Assembly: GCA_963847185.1 (NCBI GenBank)
Contig: CAWJYV010000007.1
Span: forward strand, 32,001 to 96,000
Length of the DNA: 64,000 nt
Direction: 5' to 3'
Origin: an uncultured Methanosarcinaceae archaeon
Lineage (GTDB): Archaea; Halobacteriota; Methanosarcinia; Methanosarcinales; Methanosarcinaceae
The position numbers and the translations under genes are program-made. A model generated the notes under the pieces. The model saw only the letters and a list, made by a program, of their open reading frames with translations, did not search any database and was not told where the DNA came from. Positions 33,278 to 44,030 of the stretch are shown piece after piece (position 1 is the stretch's first letter; each line of letters starts with the position of its first letter).

Positions 33278-34017
33278 GGCATTGTTAACTAAATATAGTT
33301 AACTCATTATTTCTGTATTTCATTAAGAGAAGAACTGAGTACTTTAGCATTTCAAGACTCTTAGTATAACACTTTGTCTTTCTTCTCAATCTTGCCAGAA
33401 AGTGCCTAAGTATGCTGTTATATCCTTCAACAGTATACGTTTCTGCTTTGGATTGAGTATGAATTTTATCTGGAACGAACTCTGCATATGCCCTCCAGTG
33501 ATCAGTCATCACTTTTTCAATCTTTTTTTCCTTTAATTTTTCCCAGAGTTTTTGTCCAGTTTCTGTTCCTCTGCTGCCAAAAGAGCAGTTGATGAACTTT
33601 TTCCCAAATCTATCAACAGCAATCCAGATCCAGCAATATTTTTTTTGTTACCGATGTAAGTGTGCATCTCATCCATTTCAACAATAGATATCTCATTTTC
33701 GCTTTTTAGTTCCTCTAGCTCCTGACCAAATTTCTTTATCCATTTTTGGACGGAAACATGACTTACTCCCAAAAAACGCCCTATTGACCGAAATCCTAAT
33801 CCTTCAAGATAGAGTTGTAAAGCCTGTCTCTTAACAGATGCGGAACTAGCAGTTGATTTTAGCTCTACTGAATAATTATATCCACAATCAGAGCATTTGT
33901 AGCGTTGACGGCCATTAACTTTACCATTCTTATTATGATCGAGACTCTTACATCTTGGGCAGTTCATCAAGAGATATAAGTTCTCATAATATATATCAGT
34001 ATTTAGATACCAATGCC
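33278..34017 (-). mobile_element. IS1-family insertion sequence (740 bp)
   Basis: Terminal inverted repeats GGCATTGTTAACTAAATA / GGCATTGGTATCTAAATA (16/18); flanking duplication TAATTTT (33271-33277, 34018-34024); IS1-type transposase inside. Confidence 0.93.
33285..33967 (-). CDS. IS1 transposase (InsA-InsB, joined by -1 frameshift)
   Basis: Zn ribbon CPRC...RYKCSDC, HTH GFRSIGRFLGVSHVSV, EMDEMH; A8 slippery run (T8 at 33639-33646 on +) leads into YCWIWIAVDR...TDHWRAY...VEGYNSILRH. Confidence 0.9.
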
Positions 34018-34094
34018 TAATTTTTATGTTCCTTCTCTAAAGCCAGTTACGCTACATAAAAAATTGCTTTTAAAGATTACAATACAAGTCTTAT

Positions 34095-34293
34095 GACTCT
34101 GTCCCAAAATCTAGCGATGAACGTAAAATTGAAAATCACTAGATTTTGTAAATGGCTATAATCCTTTGAACGTAACCTATTGATTGATGCTGGAAGGTCT
34201 TGAATATTGAGTTTGATTGAAGCCTGAATTCTTCTTCGAAACTCGATATTTCAATCAAAAAATGCAAAAATCACTAGATTTTGGAACTGAGTC
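34095..34293. mobile_element. MITE (199 bp, non-autonomous)
   Basis: 24-bp TIRs GACTCTGTCCCAAAATCTAGCGAT / GACTCAGTTCCAAAATCTAGTGAT (21/24); perfect 8-bp target duplication AGTCTTAT at 34087-34094 and 34294-34301; no ORF. Confidence 0.85.
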
Positions 34294-34577
34294 AGTCTTA
34301 TTCCATTTGGATTCTATTAAGGAACAAAACATCAAAAATACTATTTTTATGCACATCTAAGAGAATTCTTTTGGAAGAGCATTATATGTGGCATTCAAAG
34401 TTGTGCATAAATTAGTTAATTGAATTCAACTAAGTCTCTTCTTCTTTTAAACCATTTATCAAAATTTGAGTTTCTTTCAGAATTCTCTGGGGTGAAAAAA
34501 ATATGGTCTATAGGGTTGCAACTAAAGAACTCAGAATATAAAAATAAAAATAGAAGAAAAAAGTTGAACTTCAGTTT

Positions 34578-35468
34578 TTACTGAAGCCCATAGTGCTTTA
34601 TATTCCAGTCCGCCATGGCCTGGATCTTCTTGATTTCTTCGTCTCCACCTTCCATGGTGAAGAGGTGTTTGAAGCGTTTTTGAGCTTTGAGGTATTCCTC
34701 GACCGGTCTTGGATCCTTCACCTTTCTGACCTGGGTGATCTCTCCGTTTTCCATCTCATACATTGGCCAGAGACAGGTTTCAACTGCCAGTTTGGCAATC
34801 TCCAGAGTCTTTGAGGTGTCAAAGCCCCAGCCTGTAGTACAGGGGGCGTGTGCATGGATGTATGTCGGACCCACAACATCAGCGGCTTTCTTGACTTTGC
34901 GCATCATGTCCCTTGGGTAACCTATTGAGGTTGTAGCCACGTAGGGAGAACCATGGGCTGCCATAATTGCAGGCATGTCCTTTTTAGGGCGCGGGTTTCC
35001 AAAGGAGACTTTTCCGGCTGGACTTGTTGTGGTACTGGCATCGAAAGGAGTTCCACTGCTGCGCTGAATTCCTGTGTTCATGTAGGCTTCGTTGTCCATA
35101 CAGATATAGGTAAAGTCGTGGCCACGCTCAAAAGCACCTGAGAGGGCACCGATTCCTATATCCATTGTAGAGCCGTCGCCTCCAATTGATATGACTTTTG
35201 TGTCATTCTTTTTCCCTAGAGCTTTTAAAGCAGCTTCCACACCTGAAGCCACTGCGCCTGCGTTTTCAAAAAGGGAGTGGATCCATGGAACCTGCCAGGA
35301 GGAATTCGGGAAAGGAGTGGTCATTACTTCAAGGCAGCCTGTAGGATTAACTACGATACAGTTGGGGCCTACGCCCATAAGTGTGAATTTTGCGGCAAAG
35401 GCATCACAGCAGCCTGCACAGCCGCTGTGTCCAGAGGCAAGGTATGTTTTAGGTGCAGTTTTGCTCAT
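34578..35468 (-). CDS. porB: Pyruvate:ferredoxin oxidoreductase beta subunit
   Basis: [24 protein letters not shown] (TPP binding), [13 protein letters not shown]. Confidence 0.95.
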   Translation of the reverse strand: MSKTAPKTYLASGHSGCAGCCDAFAAKFTLMGVGPNCIVVNPTGCLEVMTTPFPNSSWQVPWIHSLFENAGAVASGVEAALKALGKKNDTKVISIGGDGSTMDIGIGALSGAFERGHDFTYICMDNEAYMNTGIQRSSGTPFDASTTTSPAGKVSFGNPRPKKDMPAIMAAHGSPYVATTSIGYPRDMMRKVKKAADVVGPTYIHAHAPCTTGWGFDTSKTLEIAKLAVETCLWPMYEMENGEITQVRKVKDPRPVEEYLKAQKRFKHLFTMEGGDEEIKKIQAMADWNIKHYGLQ

Positions 35469-36673
35469 AGCAAATCCTCCTTGAGGTCCAGGAACTGACT
35501 TTCAACGGCAATTCCGGACTTTGCAGCTTTTTTGGTTTCTTCAATAACCTTTACAATGTTTTCTGCGCGAATGTCACGACCTCCGTGACCCACGGTGTAA
35601 CCCATCAAAGGCACGCGGATTTTACTGTTATAGAGACAGGCCTTGGTTTCGGTGAAGAGAGCCCCTTCATTTGTGCCTATGGAGATGTTTTTGTCAAGTA
35701 CGACAACAGCGTGTGCGTTCTTAACGGCCTCTTTAACCTGCTCCTTTGGGAAAGGTCTGAAGGATCTAACCTTTAAGACGCCGATCTTTTCTCCTTTTGC
35801 TCTGTACTCATCCACAACATCTTTAACAGTTCCGAGAATAGAGCCCATAGACATGACAATGATTTCAGCATCATCAAGCATGTATCCGTCAATAAGTCCT
35901 CCATGGAACCTGCCAAAGACTTCCTCGAACTCTTTTGCGACAGCTTCGATCTTCGGAAGAGCTTTCTGCATTGCCTGTTCCTGGAGATACCTGAACTCTT
36001 CGTAAGTGTCAGGGGTTGCAAATGCTCCAAAAGTCTTTGGATTTTCAGGGTCAAGTATATTCTCGGGCTGGAAGGCTGGAAGGAAATCATCGGTCAGTTC
36101 CTGTTCAAGCAGAACAACAGGCTCGTAAACGTGAGACAGGATGAAACCGTCCATGCAGACCATACCTGGTAGCATGATTTCATGGTCTTCAGCAATCTTG
36201 TAGAGCTGGGGCAGGGTATCAGATGCTTCCTGAACATCTTCCACATAGAGCTGAATCCAGCCTGTGTCTCTCTGGGCAATTGAGTCCTGATGGTCGTTCC
36301 ATATATTGATTGGAGCGCCGACTGCCCTATTTGCTACTGTCATTATAATCGGAAGCCTCATGCCTGAAGTGTTAAAAAGAGCCTCATGCATAAGCAGAAG
36401 TCCCTGTGAAGTAGTGGCTGAATAAGTTCTTGCGCCTACTGCAGATGCTCCTATTAGAGCAGAGATTGCCGAGAACTCTGATTCCACATTGATGTACTCA
36501 CAGTTGGGGATTTCCCCGTCTGCCATGAACTGAGAAAGGTCTTCAACGATATGGGTCTGGGGGGTAATAGGATAGGCTGAGATTACGTTTGGACGGCAGA
36601 TTTTTGCGGAATGAGCTACAGCATAGGAACCTTCCACTACCACCATTTTTCTCTTATATGCCGGATCAATCAT
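35465..36673 (-). CDS. porA: Pyruvate:ferredoxin oxidoreductase alpha subunit
   Basis: [39 protein letters not shown]. Confidence 0.95.
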   Translation of the reverse strand: MIDPAYKRKMVVVEGSYAVAHSAKICRPNVISAYPITPQTHIVEDLSQFMADGEIPNCEYINVESEFSAISALIGASAVGARTYSATTSQGLLLMHEALFNTSGMRLPIIMTVANRAVGAPINIWNDHQDSIAQRDTGWIQLYVEDVQEASDTLPQLYKIAEDHEIMLPGMVCMDGFILSHVYEPVVLLEQELTDDFLPAFQPENILDPENPKTFGAFATPDTYEEFRYLQEQAMQKALPKIEAVAKEFEEVFGRFHGGLIDGYMLDDAEIIVMSMGSILGTVKDVVDEYRAKGEKIGVLKVRSFRPFPKEQVKEAVKNAHAVVVLDKNISIGTNEGALFTETKACLYNSKIRVPLMGYTVGHGGRDIRAENIVKVIEETKKAAKSGIAVESQFLDLKEDLL

Positions 36674-36939
36674 TATTTCTCCTCCAGAATCATTTCAATT
36701 GCATCCGCAGGACATTCATTTGCACAGATGCCGCAACCTTTGCAGTAATCATAATCATATTCAAAAAAGCCGTCTTCCCTTGGTTTGACAGACATGTCAG
36801 GGCATACAATCTCGCAGATTCCACACTTGGTACATTTTTCATAAATATAAACAGGGCGGAAGTTTCTCCAGCCTCCGGTTTTGTTTTTAAGGGTTGAACC
36901 AGGCTTACAGGTTCTGCAATGTGTGATGTCCAAACTCAT
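36673..36939 (-). CDS. porD: Pyruvate:ferredoxin oxidoreductase delta subunit (2x4Fe-4S)
   Basis: [31 protein letters not shown]. Confidence 0.95.
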   Translation of the reverse strand: MSLDITHCRTCKPGSTLKNKTGGWRNFRPVYIYEKCTKCGICEIVCPDMSVKPREDGFFEYDYDYCKGCGICANECPADAIEMILEEK

Positions 36940-37484
36940 GCTCCTTCCCCCCTTATAAGCTCATAGGCTTTCTGAATCGCTTTTGCGTTCTTTTCTCCAA
37001 CCTTTCCTGGAAAACGAGCTTTTATAGCATTCTGGATGGATTCCACATTTATTTCTCCGGTTGCACCTGCAAAAGCTCCAAGGAGGACAGTGTTTACAAT
37101 GGGGAGACCAATGATATCCATTGCCACTTTTGTAGCATCCACGGTCATAACCTTAGCTTTTGTGTCAAGCTTCAGGCTTTCCGGGGCTTCTGTTGTGTTG
37201 ACAATAATTATTCCGTCATCCTTTATCCCGCTTGCAACGTTGACAGTTTCAAGAAGGGTTGCGTCCTGGACAATAACATAATCAGGGGTATAGATCTGGC
37301 TTCTAAGCCTGATTGGACTGTTACTTATCCTTGTAAATGCCTGCACAGGGGCACCTCTACGCTCTACCCCAAAAGCGGGGAAGGCCTGGCTGAATTTTCC
37401 GTCTTCAAAAGCTGCAACGGAAAGCATTTCAGCCGCGGTAACAGAACCCTGGCCTCCTCGACCGTGTATTCTGATTTCCTTCAT
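36936..37484 (-). CDS. porC: Pyruvate:ferredoxin oxidoreductase gamma subunit
   Basis: [31 protein letters not shown]. Confidence 0.95.
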   Translation of the reverse strand: MKEIRIHGRGGQGSVTAAEMLSVAAFEDGKFSQAFPAFGVERRGAPVQAFTRISNSPIRLRSQIYTPDYVIVQDATLLETVNVASGIKDDGIIIVNTTEAPESLKLDTKAKVMTVDATKVAMDIIGLPIVNTVLLGAFAGATGEINVESIQNAIKARFPGKVGEKNAKAIQKAYELIRGEGA

Positions 37485-37914
37485 CTGGATTCTCCTTTTT
37501 TAATGCGGTTTTATATTACTGTTTTCTGGTTTCTCGGTAATCTGTAAGATAATTATTGACTAGTTATCTGGCACACTGCTATAATCGAATTAACCTGAGA
37601 TCTGGATGGTTATTGTTAACCCGATATATTACATCTGCTGAGTATAACTAATATATTGAATGTAATTTATAAAACCCAAACAGATATTTTTTAATTATAT
37701 ATTCACACTGTTTGGTGCCTGATATTTCATGGATAATAGTGTAGATTATTATTAGTTTTTCGGTGAAAGTCGAGAAATTGCTTATATATATTTCTAATTC
37801 TAAATTATTTTTTAGACGTCTTATAATTATTAATTTCAGGTTTACATGTCTATAACTATCATTTTTTCTCATTTTATACGTAAACAAATCTCACTTCCAA
37901 AAATACAAAATATT

Positions 37915-38886
37915 TTAATATTTATCCGTACAGAAGCTCCTTATCAGGTCAATCATGGCCTTTCCATCTTTTAGACTATTAATCTTTTCCCTGATTTGCC
38001 GCGAGCCATGCAGTCCTTTTGTAAACCAGTGGGCATGCGTATGCAGGTTCATGGATGAAAAAAGATTATGCTTTTCAAGCAGGAAGATGTAGGTTTCAAA
38101 GTCTTCTAGCTGCTGGGTTCTACCGTCCACTTTCAATTTTTCCCCGGTTTCCAGATAATGTTTTATCTTTCTAAAGATGAAAGGATTTCCCATTGCTGCA
38201 CGCCCTATCATGAGCCCATCACAGCCTGTAAAGTCAAGGGCATTTTCGGCAGATTCTTCGTCCCTTATATCTCCGTTTGCAATCACTGGAATAGAAAGTT
38301 CACGTTTAACCTCTCTTATTACCTTAAGGTCCGAACTTCCTGAGTACATTTGCTCAGGTTTCCTTCCATGCACGGTCAGGGCAGATGCTCCTGCCTCTTC
38401 TATCAGGTGTGCAATTTCAAGAGTTTTTTCCTCACTTTCCAGAATGCGGATCTTTGCTGTTACAGGGGTTTTCAGGGACTCTGTCAGCTCAGAGATAATT
38501 CTGTACACAAGTGTATGGGAATTGAGAAGGGCTGAACCACATCCTGCTCCTATAATGCGTTTTGCAGGGCAGCCCATATTCACGTCTATAAGTTCGGGCC
38601 TGTACTCATTTTCAACAAAGAGAGCAGCTTCCCGCAGCTTCTCAGGGGAACTTCCTACAAGTTGAACCCCGAAAGGCCGATCTTCGGGGGAGCTCATCCC
38701 CTTAAGAAGAGATTTCCTGTTTTCCCTGACCAGGGCATCTGCACTTATCATTTCTGTATATGTAATATCAGCCCCGTGCTGTCTGCAGAGCAGCCTGAAA
38801 GCTAAGTTTGTTACATCTGCCATAGGCGCAAGAAAAAGGTTTCCAGGAGTTTCGGTCTTGCCAATTTTTAATTTATTGAGCTTCAT
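37915..38886 (-). CDS. tRNA-dihydrouridine synthase (Dus family)
   Basis: LAPMADVT, YTEMI, DVNMGCP (catalytic Cys), TVHGR, IANGDI, MIGRAAMGNPFIF. Confidence 0.92.
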   Translation of the reverse strand: MKLNKLKIGKTETPGNLFLAPMADVTNLAFRLLCRQHGADITYTEMISADALVRENRKSLLKGMSSPEDRPFGVQLVGSSPEKLREAALFVENEYRPELIDVNMGCPAKRIIGAGCGSALLNSHTLVYRIISELTESLKTPVTAKIRILESEEKTLEIAHLIEEAGASALTVHGRKPEQMYSGSSDLKVIREVKRELSIPVIANGDIRDEESAENALDFTGCDGLMIGRAAMGNPFIFRKIKHYLETGEKLKVDGRTQQLEDFETYIFLLEKHNLFSSMNLHTHAHWFTKGLHGSRQIREKINSLKDGKAMIDLIRSFCTDKY

Positions 38887-39198
38887 TTTTCCGATCGTTT
38901 TTTATTGTTTTTTACTGTTTTTCTAGTAGTTCTTCTGGTTTTCCTCATTCGTTTCCTTTATTTATCTGTTTTGGAATTGTCCTTTTTTTTCTTCAAATTT
39001 TCAAGTTCACATTTTTGGCTTCACTATTTTTGGTTTAACGTGAACCATTGAAACTCAAAAAACCTATATGTGAGTTATTGAAATTCTGGAGAAGCTAAGA
39101 ATTACAAAAAGAAGAATAAGATTCTTGAATCAATGAGTCAAGGGAACTGATTCAAGATTTTAGAATGTAAGTTAAGTAGTCATACACTGTTGCTTAAC

Positions 39199-39756
39199 TC
39201 ACGAAAAGAAAAGTCTGATATATCCCAGGTAAGGAATTCTGTACTGTGCGACTCCTATAATCCATTCATCTTTTACAGGCGTAAGGTAGCTTATCTGTCC
39301 TTCCTGATCAAAGTGCTGATTGGTTACAACGTTGTCTCCTTTAGTAATGTAGCCTGAGTAAGGAGCTGGGGGGCCGCCTTCCCACATTTGTTCTCCGGCT
39401 TCGACTCTATACATGGCCCTATGAATTATCGGGGTTACACCTTCCTCTCCATAAGGCCGATAAAGAATTACGTTTCCGTAATTTTCAAAGGATTTATAAC
39501 TTAAATTTTTTCCTTCTTCATAAGTGATAATATTTACTCGATCAGCATTTTTTATGAAAATAATATCTCCTATCTGCATATGCGGTTCCATACTTCCTGA
39601 CTCTACCGCAACCATAGGAGTCCAGAGCCCGAATACCAGCTTGGAAAGAACCATAAAAGTGATCAGGACAGCTGCAACAGACAGTAAGTCCTTCCCAAGG
39701 GAAACCCAGAAGCTTTCATTCTCCTGGTCATTGCTTTCCTTATTATCTTTACTCAT
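39199..39756 (-). CDS. Signal peptidase I (S26, Sec11-type)
   Basis: VESGSMEP, GDII, IIHRA, ITKGDN, IPYLG; N-terminal TM helix. Confidence 0.9.
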   Translation of the reverse strand: MSKDNKESNDQENESFWVSLGKDLLSVAAVLITFMVLSKLVFGLWTPMVAVESGSMEPHMQIGDIIFIKNADRVNIITYEEGKNLSYKSFENYGNVILYRPYGEEGVTPIIHRAMYRVEAGEQMWEGGPPAPYSGYITKGDNVVTNQHFDQEGQISYLTPVKDEWIIGVAQYRIPYLGYIRLFFS

Positions 39757-40255
39757 AATAAGCCTTTATTTTTTGATATTTATTCTTTTGATTTATTTTT
39801 TTTACTGTGTTAAATTAGTTTTTTTCAGGCTTAATAAAAACCTTCTGAAATATGTAAAGCTTTTCCTACTGTTCTATATTATATAAAACTAGTTCAGGAT
39901 GTCTTTTAAGCATATTTATATGAAGATTCGTTTTTATCCTATATTAATTTTCAATTTATTCAACTAATTATGATATTTTTCCAGTGATTTGCTCAAAAAG
40001 TAAACAGATTATTTTATTGTAGACAGGTGTAAATAAGTATAAACCTGTATCGGAACATATAAAATTTCATAAAATTCTTCTGTTTAATAACGAATTACTT
40101 TAACGAATTAATTTGTATCTGATTAATTTTTATATTTTAAACAGGTCTTTGGCTTGAGCCTCTTTGAGTCCCAGGTTAATCGAAGGGTCCAATGACTTCT
40201 TGTGATATATCATTTAAGAATTCTATGAGAAGACTTCGATCAAAAATTTGTATTG

Positions 40256-40321
40256 AAAAACTTCAGATCCAAAAACCTTTGTATTGAGAAAAACTTCAGA
40301 TCCAAAAACCTTTGTATTGAG
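40256..40321. repeat. 33-bp tandem repeat x2 with degenerate flanking copies
   Basis: AAAAACTTCAGATCCAAAAACCTTTGTATTGAG x2. Confidence 0.85.
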
Positions 40322-40414
40322 AAAACTTTAGATTCAAAAGCTTTCAGCTTCAGGATATTTCAGACTCTGATAACTCTAAGATTCATGTCAGTTCAGAAAG
40401 GTCAGGTAGGAATT

Positions 40415-42430
40415 ATGGACAAAAGTGATATAATAAGGACGGTTATGGAAAAAGAGTACCAGATAAGCCCTGAAGCTGTGGAACTCATCAGATCCAGTAA
40501 CACTCCCGACAGTCTTCTCGATTATGTCCTTTCAACTGTCAACGATTCTGTTATTGTCATAGATGCTGAACATATAGACCTTGAGGGTTTTGCTGCATTC
40601 GGAAAGACTCAACATCCAATTCTTATCGAAAATGGAGAAAACCCTGAACTCAAAACTTCAATAGAAAATCTGTCTAATGATGTGCCTATAATACAGCCCT
40701 CGTCTAGAAAAGCCAGAGAATTTCTTTCCGGGACTGATACGCTTTCTTCCAGATCGGATAAACTTTCCACTGAATCCGATATTCCTGTTTCATTTCTTTC
40801 CACCCCGGTTTCTGGCCTTATCCCTGACCAGGTTCCTGAACAGATAAAATCTGATCAAAATTCAGTTCAAGATTCTTTTTCAGTCCCTGATGCTGTTTAT
40901 AAACAAGTTCCAGATACTCAAACAGATACTGTTTTATCTGAGGAAATTTCGGCTCCTTCTCAGGTAGCAGGCTCCCTGCCTTCACTGAAGGACGTTCCTG
41001 AAAAGATTTTTTCCCAGCAATCCTCACAATCCTCACAAACTGTAAACAGATCAGCTTCTTCTTTTTTCGGGCACGGAAATTCTTTTCCCTCTTCAGATCG
41101 AATTTCAAGGGCAGATCCGTTTTTTTCTACTTCTCGGAAGGGTTTATCTGCGGGTTTCAGGGATGAAGAATACAGACATTTCCCAGGCAGGAACCCTGTG
41201 ACAGTAATTTCCGATATAACAGGGCATTCAACCTGCATTGGGGAATATATGCAGTTTGTACAGTATTTCAGGGATAGGTACAGCAGGATTTCTGAGATTA
41301 TCAGGAGCAGAATCAATGCGCGCCCCATAGAAAGTTTAAAAAAGAGAAGCTTTCGCCGTGGAGGAGATGGAGGTTCTGAAGAAATTTCTATTATCGGAAT
41401 GGTTTCTGATGTTAGCAGCACAAACAATGGCCATAAAATTCTTTCTCTTGAGGATCCTACAGGTTCTTTGTCAGTTCTCATTCGAAATACAGATAAAGAA
41501 CTCTTCGAAGTAGCCTCAAGAATCCTTCTGGATGAGGTCGTTGGAGTAACAGGATCGATGACTAATGATGGAAACCTGATGCTTGCTACAAAGCTTATCC
41601 AGCCCGATGTCCCTAATAGTATTCAACGCAGAACCGGAAGTCACGGGAAAGCTGTACTGATTTCTGATGTACATGTGGGCAGCTCCCAGTTTCTGGAAGA
41701 TTCCTGGCTGAATTTTCTGGATTTTTTGAAAGGGGAATCTGACTCGGAAGCCATGCGGGAACTTGCGACTGGTATTCGTTATCTTGTAGTTGCAGGAGAC
41801 CTTGTTGATGGAATAGGAATCTATCCTGACCAGGAAATGGAACTGGATATTCTGGACGTATATGAGCAGTATAGGAAAGCTGCCGAATACTTCAGGGAAA
41901 TTCCTGAGCATATCCGTGTAATTATAAGTCCGGGAAACCATGATGCCGTCCGCCAGGCAGAACCTCAGCCTGCGTTGCCGGAATGGATCCAAGCCGATTT
42001 TCCTGAAAATGTCATTTTCGTTGGTAATCCTGCTCTTGTGGATCTTGACGGCGTTAGCATTCTTATTTATCACGGCAGGTCTATTGATGACCTTGTAGCA
42101 AGCATTCCTGGAGTTTCTTATCAGGAACCTGCCGGGGCCGTCCTTGAGATGGTAAAGCGCAGGCATCTTGCCCCAACCTACGGAAGCAGGGTTTCCATAT
42201 CCCCTGAGAAAAAGGATTATTTTATAATTGACCCCGTGCCGGATATTATCCATACAGGTCATGTCCACACCCTGGGAGTCCAGCGTTACAAAAATGTTCT
42301 TCTTGTCAATTCCGGGACCTGGCAGGACCAGACAGAGTTTCAGAAACGTGTAAATCTTATGCCTGTCCCTGCCAGAGTCCCTCTTGTGGACCTCGCGGAT
42401 TTTGATGTGAAAATTCTCGGGTTTGATTGA
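40415..42430 (+). CDS. polB: DNA polymerase D small (DP1, proofreading) subunit
   Basis: YFRDRY, OB fold LEDPTG, phosphoesterase motifs SDVHVGS, AGDLVDGIGIYP, PGNHD, YHGRS, TGHVH; start likely ATG 40415. Confidence 0.95.
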   Translation: MDKSDIIRTVMEKEYQISPEAVELIRSSNTPDSLLDYVLSTVNDSVIVIDAEHIDLEGFAAFGKTQHPILIENGENPELKTSIENLSNDVPIIQPSSRKAREFLSGTDTLSSRSDKLSTESDIPVSFLSTPVSGLIPDQVPEQIKSDQNSVQDSFSVPDAVYKQVPDTQTDTVLSEEISAPSQVAGSLPSLKDVPEKIFSQQSSQSSQTVNRSASSFFGHGNSFPSSDRISRADPFFSTSRKGLSAGFRDEEYRHFPGRNPVTVISDITGHSTCIGEYMQFVQYFRDRYSRISEIIRSRINARPIESLKKRSFRRGGDGGSEEISIIGMVSDVSSTNNGHKILSLEDPTGSLSVLIRNTDKELFEVASRILLDEVVGVTGSMTNDGNLMLATKLIQPDVPNSIQRRTGSHGKAVLISDVHVGSSQFLEDSWLNFLDFLKGESDSEAMRELATGIRYLVVAGDLVDGIGIYPDQEMELDILDVYEQYRKAAEYFREIPEHIRVIISPGNHDAVRQAEPQPALPEWIQADFPENVIFVGNPALVDLDGVSILIYHGRSIDDLVASIPGVSYQEPAGAVLEMVKRRHLAPTYGSRVSISPEKKDYFIIDPVPDIIHTGHVHTLGVQRYKNVLLVNSGTWQDQTEFQKRVNLMPVPARVPLVDLADFDVKILGFD

Positions 42431-42641
42431 GTGACTGAGTTTTGACTGAACTTTTACAGCTTTGATTGAAAATCGGTTTTCTGAGATGCTATCCAGGCAG
42501 TTTAGTCTAATACTTTTTATTCAGGCGGTTTAGTCTAACACTTTTAATTATTGGTCTAATATTTTTTTTCATTGGTTTCTCAAAATTCTCAAAATTATTT
42601 TCCGATCCTTATATATACCACAAGGGTTTAATATCGGAAAA

Positions 42642-43670
42642 ATGTCGCTGGAAGAAAAAGAGGAAAGTTGTCGGGAAGACATCCCGGAGATTCAGGAAGA
42701 AATCCAGGATCAAGAGAGCACATTTCTCCCTTATAATATCCCTGATTTTAAGACTCTTCTGAAAAAACAGGGCTATGCCCTGGCAGGTCACCACTCAGCT
42801 GTTAAAACCTGTCTATGGCTCAGACATGCTATGAACGATCAGGGTTTCTGCTACAAATCCAAATTTTACGGAGTACAATCTCACCGCTGCCTTCAGATGA
42901 CTCCTACTCTTATGTGCAACCAGCGTTGTCTCTTCTGCTGGCGCCCTACTGAGGTTCCGGTTCCTGCGCCTGGGGAATGGGATTCTCCTGAAAAGATAGT
43001 AGAAGAAAGCATTATCTGCCAGCGCAAGTTAATCACCGGTTTTGGCGGTTCTCCGAATGCAATTAAAGAACGCTGGCTCGAAGGCAATGAACCGAACAAT
43101 GTTGCAATCTCCCTTTCCGGAGAACCAACCTTTTACCCTTATCTTCCGGAGCTTATTGAGGAATATGAAAAAAGAGGTTTTACGACTTTTCTAGTTACAA
43201 ATGGAACAGTTCCGGGTATGATCGAAAAGGTTTCCCCTTCTCAGCTCTACATGAGTCTTGATGCTTCTGATCTGGAGACATATATTAAAGTCTGCCAGCC
43301 AAAGTCTGCTGACCTCTGGGAAAAGATCAACGAATCTCTTCTTCTTATGAAGCAGAAAAGCTCAAGGACAGTTATCCGCACGACTCTGGTTAAGGGCGAA
43401 AACATGTTCAACCCTGAAGGTTATGCCGAACTGATTAAAAAGGCCTCTCCTGATTTTGTGGAAATAAAAGCATACATGCATCTTGGCTTTTCAAGGCTCC
43501 GACTTGATCGTTCTGCTATGCCTGCTCATGAAGAGGTTCTGGGATTCTCACGAGAACTTGCAAAACATCTGGGGTACGAAGTTGCAGATGAATCTGAGAT
43601 CAGCCGGGTAGTTCTGCTTTCGAGGGACGGAAAAAAATCGCCTGTTAAAAGAATTTCCTGCCTTGATTGA
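42642..43670 (+). CDS. taw1: 4-demethylwyosine synthase (radical SAM, TYW1/Taw1)
   Basis: HSAVKTCLW, CYKSKFYG, SHRCLQMTP, CNQRCLFCWR, SLSGEP, VEIKAYMHLGFS. Confidence 0.93.
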   Translation: MSLEEKEESCREDIPEIQEEIQDQESTFLPYNIPDFKTLLKKQGYALAGHHSAVKTCLWLRHAMNDQGFCYKSKFYGVQSHRCLQMTPTLMCNQRCLFCWRPTEVPVPAPGEWDSPEKIVEESIICQRKLITGFGGSPNAIKERWLEGNEPNNVAISLSGEPTFYPYLPELIEEYEKRGFTTFLVTNGTVPGMIEKVSPSQLYMSLDASDLETYIKVCQPKSADLWEKINESLLLMKQKSSRTVIRTTLVKGENMFNPEGYAELIKKASPDFVEIKAYMHLGFSRLRLDRSAMPAHEEVLGFSRELAKHLGYEVADESEISRVVLLSRDGKKSPVKRISCLD

Positions 43671-43801
43671 ATGAAAGTCTTCTTGAGAAAAATCGTTTCT
43701 AAATCAGAAATCAGTATGCTGTAGTGTACAGGAAGATTTTTATATATTTGTGAATATATAAAACCTGTTTGAGGATAGAAACAAATATAAACTCAAGTTT
43801 C

Positions 43802-44030
43802 AATTAGGATATAGTCCCTGAGCGGACTAATCCAATTTTAAACTAATTAGATACAGTCGAGTAAAATTATGTCTCATATCTAGTGCGATCAGTAGAACAC
43901 GAAACAGGGCAGGTTTGCGCGGCACAAGGCTTTCTATCGGAATTCCGGAAAGCCGGCTTCTCTAGTACGCGTATTTTTACTCTCAGGTTTATCGTGTTCT
44001 GAGCGGTTTTTACATTCGGATTTCGGCTGA
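43802..44030. ncRNA. Candidate structured RNA or leader upstream of prf1
   Basis: Hairpin at 43807-43833; nested stems AGAACACGA(43894-43902)/TCGTGTTCT(43992-44000), GCGCG/CGCGT, GGCTTTC(43928-43934)/GAAAGCC(43948-43954); more GC-rich than its flanks. Confidence 0.35.

Noticed and set aside
33285-33967. IS1 transposase as a pseudogene
   Set aside because: The split falls at the A-run typical of programmed -1 frameshifting in IS1 elements
40253-40414. N-terminal extension of DP1 in the ORF track
   Set aside because: Consists largely of the 33-bp tandem repeat; a better ATG with an RBS-like sequence lies at 40415
41516-42268. 250-aa antisense ORF (and many similar shadow ORFs in the track)
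   Set aside because: Fully overlaps a conserved gene on the opposite strand and has no recognisable motifs
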